The position numbers were made by a program, and so were the translations under genes. Shown piece by piece: positions 1 through 7,153 of a stretch of DNA of 7,153 nt (positions are counted from its first letter, which is position 1; each line of letters opens with the position of its first letter). The notes under the pieces were generated by a model. That model was not told where the DNA came from. It was given only the letters and a program-made list of their open reading frames with translations, and ran no database searches. The stretch spans positions 7,460,654 to 7,467,806 of the forward strand of contig CAJINV010000004.1 in NCBI GenBank assembly GCA_905178155.1, given 5' to 3'. The DNA is from Amoebophrya sp. A120. Taxonomy: Eukaryota > Protista > Dinoflagellata.

Positions 1-423
1 AAAAAAAAACGCGGGAGGCGCTCCTCAATCGTTTTCCGGAAACTAGAGATCTGTTGAACGTGGGTAGATCAGATTCATCAGAAAGGATGAAATCTACAGC
101 AAAACAAAACAAAGAAGTTCCCGAAGGATGAACCGTCGTTGACGAGCACGTGATTCGTTTTTGATTCGAACAAAAAAGGCCGCGCGCAACACTTGCGAAG
201 AACCCTGCGTGGTGGGCCTAAAAATACGGATAGCGAGGAAGTAACCCTAAGTACGTTAATCGTCTTTGAAAGCTGGTATGTAGTGCATTTTTGGTCCTCT
301 TTCGACGGCACAGGTAAAAACCTTCTCAAGAATGCCGACTGCTACGTTGGGAATAAAGGATGTATTTGTAATATTCAGTGGCAGACACTAGCACTACTAC
401 ACGCACGACGTGTTTCAAAATAG

Positions 424-441
424 CTTCTTCTTCTTCTTCTT
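424..441 (+). repeat. (CTT)6 microsatellite; (CTT)5 at the homologous sites 2321-2335 and 5069-5083
   Basis: Read directly from the sequence. Confidence 0.85.
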
Positions 442-836
442 GCCTTGGTCTTGAAATCGCTCGAGATTATTAAATGAAACAGTAGTTGTAGTGCCAAGAA
501 TGAGGTCTGCAACAGACATAATCTTTGCATTTTGATTCATTTTTATACGAATGAGAATCTTACAAAAGACAAACAAGAGTTGAAAGAAAAACAAGTTATT
601 TCTTCACATGCATAGTAGTGCACCGTACTGTACTTCGATGGTACCTAGGTGTACTTGTAGTATGTGAAAGCATGAAAATTAATCTCTTGTGTAAGTATAG
701 ATACGTTTGTTCAAAGAGAAGTAGAAATTGCTCCACAGGATACGTCGGTTTCCGCACATCAAAGCCTGAACAAGAATGCGCGAAAACATGTTGATTTTTC
801 TAGTTAGAGTTAGTACAAGACAAAAATATTTTTGCT

Positions 837-1198
837 TTACACCTCCGTGTTGAACAGGCGGTTCCCCGTATCAGTCCCACCCCGCCCCTTGTACTGGTTC
901 TCCGAAACCCGAAGGGTGAACAAATACACTTTTACAACCAACCGCGCTGAAGTAGACCGGGCGCTTTCCTCCTGGATCTGCTTGATCTGTTTCCTGAATT
1001 CGCTGCTTTCGTTCAAAGTCGCTGCCTGCACGACGCCGGTCAGCATCAGGATTCTGATTTCGTCTCTGGTCGTGTTTTGTTGGTTCTTTGTCGAGTTGAA
1101 TTTGTTGGGGAAAGAACTTTTGTTTTTGTTTTTGGTTCTCTCCACCTCCACGACCACCTCCTTCGCCTTCTCCGCGGCAATGGTCTTGATGAATTCCA
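837..1198 (-). pseudogene. 3'-terminal fragment of the same gene (copy 1), from EFIKTIAAEK to TGNRLFNTEV*
   Basis: Aligns to 2717-3087. Homology stops at 1198, where a TIR element begins, just downstream of the PRPP loop. The HAD domain and the N-terminal half of the UPRTase domain are not found between 1199 and 1912. Confidence 0.65.
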
Positions 1199-1305
1199 TA
1201 TCCAGCAAAAAAACAGAGTAAGTGTAACTTTGTAGGAAGAGCAGCATGACAAATTCGTTTTGCACTACAGGAAAAACTTGTCATGCGCAGCTAGTACGTG
1301 AAAAC
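1199..1305. mobile_element. Truncated family A element (left half only)
   Basis: Ungapped match to 3978-4084 (86/107 by manual count), starting exactly at TATCCA. It sits at a different codon from the copy 2 insertion. No right TIR or second TSD (expected TTCCA) found downstream. Confidence 0.85.
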
Positions 1306-1680
1306 ACGTATGAAAGTGTCCGATGACTCCCACAGTGCTGAACAACGTAGACGAGGTCGTGATCGAGCGGTCGCAGATGTTGACCATCTTGTAGAAGGAA
1401 AAGGAAAAAACCGATTTTCAGTGTCGTTGCCCCCAGCAGCATCGCGTTTTGTAACATTAATATCAAGCTTTTCAGCAGCCTCGTCTGCACTGCTTAATAT
1501 CTTCGGGGGCCGTGATGTCATCTTCCTCCAGGATTGCCCTCGTGATACGCCGCACGGTGAAGGTGTTCCTACTCGTCCCTGCACCTGTTCACTCGGGGAG
1601 AAGTTGTGGTTTCTATCTCCCAAGAAGCGGCCTCCTGCTTGGGCTGAGGCTGCGCCACTTCGTCTGCTCGGAGCTGACAT
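1291..1680 (-). CDS. Possible N-terminal exon or degraded ORF (MSAPSRRSGAASAQAGG...), product unknown
   Basis: ATG at 1680-1678 at a shift from AT-rich to GC-richer sequence, on the same strand as the repeated gene and where its 5' end would lie in a head-to-tail array. The frame ends inside the truncated element. No recognisable motif. Confidence 0.3.
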   Translation of the reverse strand: MSAPSRRSGAASAQAGGRFLGDRNHNFSPSEQVQGRVGTPSPCGVSRGQSWRKMTSRPPKILSSADEAAEKLDINVTKRDAAGGNDTENRFFPFPSTRWSTSATARSRPRLRCSALWESSDTFIRVFTY

Positions 1681-2716
1681 GGTAGTTTGTCTCCTGAGAA
1701 GGCACGAACAAACACGTCGATGATGAGTGATCAGCTTCACTGCAATGATAAACGTCGAAAACGCTTTCAAAGAGATAAAGAACAAAACAAGGCACAATTA
1801 TAATTCGACCAAGCAGCAAAGAACAGAACAATACCGAACGACCAGAAAAGAAAGCTGCACAAGATCTTCTGTGTACAGAACAGGGCATCGGAAAAGTTAA
1901 TCGAGGAAAGGAAAAAAAAAACGCGGGAGGCAGTCCGCGATCGTTTTCCGGAAACTCAAGATCTGTTGAGAGTAGGTGGATCAGATTCAGAAAGGATGAA
2001 ATCTACAGCAAAACAAAACAAAGAAGTTCCCGAAGGATGAACCGTCGTTGACGAGCACGTGATTCGTTTTTGATTCGAACAAAGAAGGCCGCGCGCAACA
2101 CTACTTGCGAAGAACCCTGGGTGGTGGGCCTAAAAATACGGAGAGCGAAGTAACTCTACGTACGTTAATCGTCTTTGAAAGCTGGTATCTAGTGCGTTTT
2201 TGGTCTTTCGACGGCACAGGTAAAAACCTTCTCAAGACTGCCGACTGCTACATTGGGAATAAAGGATGTATTTGTATTCAGTGGCAGACACTACTACAGG
2301 CACGACGTGTTTCAAAATAGCTTCTTCTTCTTCTTGCCTTGGTCTTGAAATCGCTCGAAATTATTAAATGAAACAGTAGTTGCAGTGCCAAGAATGAGGT
2401 CTGCAACAGACACAATTTTTGCATTTTGATTTATTTTTATACGAATGAGAATCTTACAAAAAACAATTAGGGGTTGAAAGAATAAGAAAAACAAGTTTCT
2501 TCACATGCATAGTAGTACACCGTACTGTACTTCGATGGTACCTCTAGTATGTGAAAGCATGAAACTCTTGTGTATAAATTTGCTCAAAGAAAAGTAGAAA
2601 TTGCTCCACAGGATAGGTCGGTGTCCGCAAACCAAATCCTGAACAAGAATGCGCGAAAACAAAATCAAATGTTGACTTTTCTAGTACAACATATACAAGA
2701 TAAAAATATTTTTGCT

Positions 2717-4947
2717 TTACACCTCCGTGTTGAACAGGCGGTTCCCCGTATCAGTCCCACCCACCCCATTGTACTGGTTCTCCGAAACGCGAAGGGTGAA
2801 CAAATACACTTTTACAACCAACCACGCTGAAGTAGACCGTGCGTTTTCCTCCTGAATCTGCTTGATCTGTTTCCTGAATTCGCTGTTTTCGTTCAAAGTC
2901 GCCGCCTGCACGACGCCGGTCAGCATCAGGATTCTGATTTCGTTTCTAGTCCTCGTGTTTTCGTTTTGTTGGTTTGTCGAGTTGAAGTTGTCAGGGAAAG
3001 TAGAACTTTTGTTTTTGTTTTTGTTTCTCTCCACCTCCACGATCACCTCCTTCGCCTTCTCCGCGGCAATGGTCTTGATGAATTCCACCATCGTCGCCCC
3101 GCTGTTCACCACCGGATCCACCAAAAGAAACACGCCCGCCCCACTGATGACATTGTGCTTATCCGGCAACAGATCGCCGGCTTGGTGCGGGAAGTCGATG
3201 CGCGCGGCGCTCATCTTGCCGAGGATGTCATAAACCCCGTCTGCCATGTACTTACCGGCTCGCATAATGGCGAGAATGCTGGCTTTTTTCAACATCCGGC
3301 TGTTTTGACCAAAGGAGAAGTCCGGTTCGAAACCTCCACCGGGACAAAGATGCCCCTGTTTGAAAATGATGTAAAGGTTTTTCTTGAAGAGCGCGATTTT
3401 TAAATGTTTGTTTCCAGTACTGCAAGACGAGGTCGACCTACATGGAGGCAGGTGATCATGATAGTACTGCATTCGGTGAGAGGAAATTTCGACTGGCTCA
3501 AGGCCTGCTGGTGGTCGTCCCAAGAACTACTATATGCACAATGCGACAAAAAAGAAACTTCCTTACGTACCTGCACATGCTTGATATCGCACATTCCCAA
3601 AAACTCGTCCCCAAAACAATCCAGCATCTTCAGCGCCAAGTATTTCCCGACCTCGGTGTGGATAGCGCCCAAGGCCGGCCCGGCGTTTGCCGCGTCGCGC
3701 ATCTTCGTCGCCAAAATTTGGCTGGAAGGCAGGGTTGACCCGTCAAAACACAGCGCGAAGAAATCGAAATCTTGGCTCGTCATAGCTGGTGGACCACGAC
3801 CGGAAGTGGAACAATTACGGACAGTCTTACTCCACAAAGCTTTAGAAGAAGATGCACACGTCTTCGCCGATATAATTCCGGTCCGGGAACGCTGCATGGC
3901 AGGCTCAACGAATTTTTCTCCTAGACTGTCTTTATTCGCCGCGGTCGCACGAGGACCAGTGCTGCTGGCACGAAAAATATCCAAGAAAAAAACATTGTAG
4001 GTGTAACTTTTTTGGAGGAACAGCATTACAAATTTGTCTGGCATGACAGCAAAAACCTGTCAAGCGCAAATAGTACGCGAAAACGCCCTTTAATGGACCC
4101 TACGACGCACGCCAAGCATGACAGACGCAATCATCTTGCATGTTGCGCACCACAAATTTACACTAACAACGTTTTTTTCTTGGATAGAAAACGCGAGATG
4201 GAGATTCTTGATCGCCTGGGACGAGGACCGTCGGACCATTCTTAACCGTGCTGGGAGGTGACGGCGCCGGACCACGTATGCAATGCAAATACGTCTGGGT
4301 CTGGAAATTTGTGATGCAAGGAAGGGAATATTAAGCACCCTGTAATGCGCTCCCCAGCATGACAAGTTTTTCCGTAGTTCAGAGTTGCGTACTCCGCATG
4401 AGAAACTGCGTTTTTGCATGACAGACAAGGGGAACTCTTCGTTGACACGCAATACAGAGTTTAGAGTCATGCCAGACTAGCATGACAAATCTCGGAATCT
4501 CCCAGACCCAGACATATTTGCAGTTCATACCACGGTTTTCAATACCACAGTGGAACACCAGGTCCCGGACTTCGTCCATGGTCGCTTCTGGTAGAAATAA
4601 GGACAAGGCCACCGCATTCGTCGCAGTTTTCATCTTCGAGGATGTTGACAGGAGATCCAGCTTGCGCACACGAAAACGAGCACTCATCTCATCCAGAAGC
4701 TGCTGATGTCCACAAGAACTGCGCTTCAATTCCGCTGCGAAGCTCTTCGACGTGCCAACCAGCGCGTAGCCGTAGTCCGCTCCCCGCAACATGGGAATAT
4801 CCAGCGGACTGTCCCCAAACGCCAAAATTCGACAGCCAGGGCTTCTCTGCCGCAAATGCTCCACAACTTTCAGCTTCGCCGCAGGATTGATAATGACGGG
4901 AGTATTTCGTTCGGGGTCGAGGCCCAAGACAACCACGAAGGGACAAA
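2717..4947 (-). CDS. HAD-like hydrolase / UPRTase-domain fusion protein, copy 2 (5'-partial; predicted exons >4947..4535, 4276..4187, 3972..3571, 3355..2717; element junctions can slide within the TSDs)
   Basis: Collinear with copy 3 with the same motifs. ORFs 4379..4936, 3400..4044 and 2717..3523 plus a 90-nt segment at 4187-4276 (RGPAPSPPSTVKNGPTVLVPGDQESPSRVF) join into one stop-free frame if 4277-4534, 3973-4186 and 3356-3570 are removed. If the two elements are not spliced, this copy is a pseudogene. Confidence 0.7.
3356..3570 (-). other. Canonical phase-0 GT-AG spliceosomal intron, 215 nt (copy 2)
   Basis: Minus strand CAG|GTACGT ... ATTTTCAAACAG|GGG. Removal joins two different frames into HVQ-GH. 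Read-through meets a stop at 3400-3402. Confidence 0.85.
3978..4186. mobile_element. Non-autonomous TIR element (MITE-like / putative introner), family A, 209 bp
   Basis: Left end TATCCAAGAAAAAAACATTGTAGGTGTAACTTT (3978-4010) versus reverse complement of right end TATCCAAGAAAAAAACGTTGTTAGTGTAAATTT (4154-4186): 29/33 identical, outer 16 perfect. Flanks AAAAA (3973-3977) and GAAAA (4187-4191) form a 5-bp TSD with one mismatch. Empty site in copy 3 at about 6666-6670. Confidence 0.9.
4277..4529. mobile_element. Non-autonomous TIR element (MITE-like / putative introner), family B, 253 bp
   Basis: Left end TATGCAATGCAAATACGTCTGGGTCTGG versus reverse complement of right end TATGAACTGCAAATATGTCTGGGTCTGG: 25/28 identical, extendable by about 16 bp after a 9-bp gap. 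Perfect 5-bp TSD CCACG (4272-4276 and 4530-4534). Empty site CCGCG in copy 3 at 6742-6746. Confidence 0.92.
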
Positions 4948-4948
4948 N
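4948..4948. other. Single N, probable scaffold join between two contigs
   Basis: The N separates mid-CDS sequence from mid-spacer sequence with no continuity. Confidence 0.85.
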
Positions 4949-5475
4949 TGGTCTTTCGACGGCACAGGTAAAAACCTTCTCAAGACTGCCGACTGCTACA
5001 TTGGGAATAAAGGATGTATTTGTATTCAGTGGCAGACACTACTACAGGCACGACGTGTTTCAAAATAGCTTCTTCTTCTTCTTGCCTTGGTCTTGAAATC
5101 GCTCGAAATTATTAAATGAAACAGTAGTTGCAGTGCCAAGAATGAGGTCTGCAACAGACACAATTTTTGCATTTTGATTTATTTTCATACGAATGAGAAT
5201 CTTACAAAAACAATTAGGGGTTGAAAGAATAAGAAAAACAAGTTTCTTCACATGCATAGTAGTACACCGTACTGTACTTCGATGGTACCTAGGTGTACTT
5301 CTAGTATGTGAAAGCATGAAACTCTTGTGTATAAATTTGTTCAAAGAAAAGTAGAAATTGCTCCACAGGATAGGGCGGTTTCCGCAAACCAAATCCTGAA
5401 CAAGAATGCGCGAAAACAAAATCACATGTTGACTTTTCTAGTACATACTTTATACAAGATACAAATATTTTTGCT

Positions 5476-7153
5476 TTACACCTCCGTGTTGAACAGGCGG
5501 TTCCCCGTATCAGTCCCACCCACCCCCTTGTACTGGTTCTCCGAAACGCGAAGGGTGAACAAATACACTTTTACAACCAACCGCGCAGAGGTAGACCGGG
5601 CGCTTTCCTCCTGAATCTGCCTGATTTGTTTCCTGAATTCGCTGTTTTCGTTCAAGATCGCCGCCTGCACGACGCCGGTCAGCATCAGGATTCTGATTTC
5701 ATCTCTGGTCGTGTTTTGTTGGTTTGTCGCGTTGAAGTTGTCAGGGATACTTTTCGCCTTCTCCGCGGCAATGGTCTTGATGAACTCCACCATCGTGGCC
5801 CCGCTGTTCACCACCGGATCCACCAAAAGAAACACGCCCGCCCCACTGATGACACTGTGCTTATCCGGCAAGAGATCGCCGGCTTTGTGCGGGAAGTCGA
5901 TGCGCGCGGCGTTCGTCTTGCCAAGGATGTCATAAACCCCGTCTGCCATGTACTTACCGGCTCGCATGATGGCGAGAATGCTGGCTTTTTTCAACATCCG
6001 GCTGTTTTGACCAAAGGAGAAGTCCGGTTGGAAACCTCCACCGGGACAAAGATGCCCCTGTTTGAAAATGTTCAGGTTTTTGAAGGGCACGATTCAATGT
6101 TTGTTATTTCCACTGCAGGAGGTCGACCTACATGGAGGCTGCAGGTGATCATGATACTGCACTCGCTGAGAGGAAATTTCCGCTGGCTCAAGGCCTGCTG
6201 GTGGTGGTCGTCCCAAGAACTAGTATAAACACAATGCGACAAAAAAGAAACTTCCTTACGTGGTACCTGCACATGCTTGATATCGCACATTCCCAAAAAC
6301 TCGTCCCCAAACCAATCCAGCATCTTCAGCGCCAAGTATTTCCCGACCTCGGTGTGGACTGCGCCCAATGCCGGCCCGGCGTTTGCCGCGTCGCGCATCT
6401 TCGTCGCTAGAATTTGGCTGGAAGGCAGGGCTGACCCGTCAAAACACAGCGCGAAGAAATCGAAATCTTGGCTGGTCATAGCTGGTGGACGACCGGAAGT
6501 GGAACAATTACGGACAGTCTTACTCAACAAAGCTTTAGAAGAAGACGCACACGTCTTCGCCGATATAATTCCGGTCCGGGAACGCTGCATGGCAGGCTCA
6601 ACGAATTTTTCTCTTAGACTGTCTTTATTCGCCGCGGTCGCACGAGGACCAGTGCTGCTGGCAAGAAAAACGCGAGACTCCTGATCGCCTGGGACGAGGA
6701 CCGTCGGACCATTCTTAACAGTGGGAGACGACCGCGCCGGACCGCGGTTTTCAATACCACAGTGGAACACGAGGTCCCGGACTTCGTCCATGGTCGCTTC
6801 TGGTAGAAAGGACAAGGCGACTGCATTCGTCGCAGTTTTCATCTTCGAGGATGTTGACAGGAGATCCAGCTTGCGCACACGAGGACGAGCATTCCTCTCC
6901 AGAAGCTGCTGATGTCCACAAGAACTGCGCTTCAATTCCGGTGCGAAGCTCTTCGACGTGCCAACCAGCGCGTAGCCGTACTCCGCTCCCCGCAACATGG
7001 GAATATCCAGCGGACTGTCCCCAAACGCCACAATTCGACAGCCAGGGCTTCTCTGCCGCAAATGCTCCACAACTTTCAGCTTCGCCGCAGGATTGATAAT
7101 GACGGGAGTATTTCGTTCGGGGTCGAGGCCCAAGACAACCACGAAGGGACAAA
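5476..7153 (-). CDS. HAD-like hydrolase / uracil phosphoribosyltransferase-domain fusion protein, copy 3 (5'-partial; exons >7153..6267 and 6057..5476)
   Basis: ORFs 6072..7142 and 5476..6090 join in frame across a GT-AG intron (...KHVQ|GHLC...). HAD motif III/IV-like AAKLKVV...AFGDSPLDIPML (GDSPLD at 7005-7022). UPRTase-like motifs LATKMRDA, ILAIMRAG, PRPP-binding loop LLVDPVVNSGAT (DPVVNSGAT at 5794-5820) and C-terminal GGTDTGNRLFNT. Stop TAA at 5476-5478. Frame is open to the window edge. Confidence 0.85.
6058..6266 (-). other. Canonical phase-0 GT-AG spliceosomal intron, 209 nt (copy 3)
   Basis: Minus strand CAG|GTACCA ... ATTTTCAAACAG|GGG, at the same position as in copy 2. Splice dinucleotides are conserved while the interior has many indels. 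Confidence 0.85.

Larger units (their letters stand above)
1..1198. repeat. Repeat unit copy 1 (spacer 1-836 plus gene 3' end)
   Basis: Collinear with 1913-3087, e.g. AAAACGCGGGAGGC at both starts and GAATTCCA at both ends. Confidence 0.95.
1913..4947. repeat. Repeat unit copy 2 (spacer 1913-2716 plus gene)
   Basis: 1913-3087 aligns to copy 1 and 2201-4947 aligns to copy 3. Confidence 0.95.
4949..7153. repeat. Repeat unit copy 3 (partial spacer 4949-5475 plus gene)
   Basis: Begins TGGTCTTTCGACGGCAC (same as 2201) and ends CCACGAAGGGACAAA (same as 4933-4947). Confidence 0.95.

Noticed and set aside
193-423. Small plus-strand ORF repeated at 2105..2320 and partly at 4949..5068
   Set aside because: Non-ATG start, no recognisable motif and stops immediately upstream. 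Frame conservation is explained by the general 3-nt indel bias. Not called as CDS.
1197-1265. N-terminal extensions MQNEFVMLLFLQSY... (837..1265) and MPDKFVMLFLQKSY... (3400..4044) that look like a shared leader peptide
   Set aside because: Both are read-through into homologous family A element sequence, not a conserved protein segment.
3400-3523. Overlap of two minus-strand ORFs suggesting a programmed ribosomal frameshift or two separate genes
   Set aside because: A conserved GT-AG intron joins the frames cleanly, and the overlap zones of copies 2 and 3 are not at homologous positions.
2862-4000. Long plus-strand ORFs (2862..3233, 2966..3403, 3404..4000; also 832..1221, 5626..6228, 6277..6684)
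   Set aside because: Antisense shadows of the minus-strand gene, which carries all the recognisable motifs.
4012-4470. ORFs within or across the inserted elements (4012..4245, 4090..4470, 4242..4448)
   Set aside because: Short, cross element boundaries and show no transposase or other motif. The elements are too small to be autonomous.
4310-4490. Spaced GCATGACA repeats as a CRISPR-like array
   Set aside because: Only 8 bp, irregularly spaced, in both orientations, inside TIR elements in intron-containing DNA, with no cas genes.
4706-5096. ORFs spanning the N (4706..5068, 4791..5096)
   Set aside because: Chimeric across a probable scaffold join.
6660-6750. Copy 3 as a DNA-excision product of copy 2, like a ciliate IES
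   Set aside because: Copy 3 differs at the empty sites (CCGCG versus CCACG; AGAAAAA versus CGAAAAA) and at many other positions, so it is a separate paralog or haplotype.

Overview
Eukaryotic (protist-like) genomic DNA, not a prokaryotic operon. The window holds three diverged copies of one repeat unit: an AT-rich spacer plus a minus-strand gene encoding a HAD-like hydrolase domain fused to a uracil phosphoribosyltransferase (UPRTase)-type domain. Copy 1 (1-1198) keeps only the gene's 3' end. Copy 2 (1913-4947) and copy 3 (4949-7153) are separated by a single N and stop at the same base, so their adjacency may be an assembly join. Copies 2 and 3 share a canonical phase-0 GT-AG intron. Copy 2 also has two MITE-like insertions inside coding sequence (209 and 253 bp; TAT...ATA termini, ~30 bp terminal inverted repeats, 5-bp target-site duplications) that are absent from copy 3. 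Removing each insertion plus one TSD restores the reading frame but gives no GT-AG boundary. A third, truncated element of the first family interrupts copy 1 at a different site. These look like introner elements forming non-canonical introns, resembling those described in the parasitic dinoflagellate Amoebophrya (taxon inferred, not shown). Two further signals stand out: a GCATGACA motif confined to the elements and shared by both families, and a strong excess of 3-nt indels between copies even in intron and spacer DNA.
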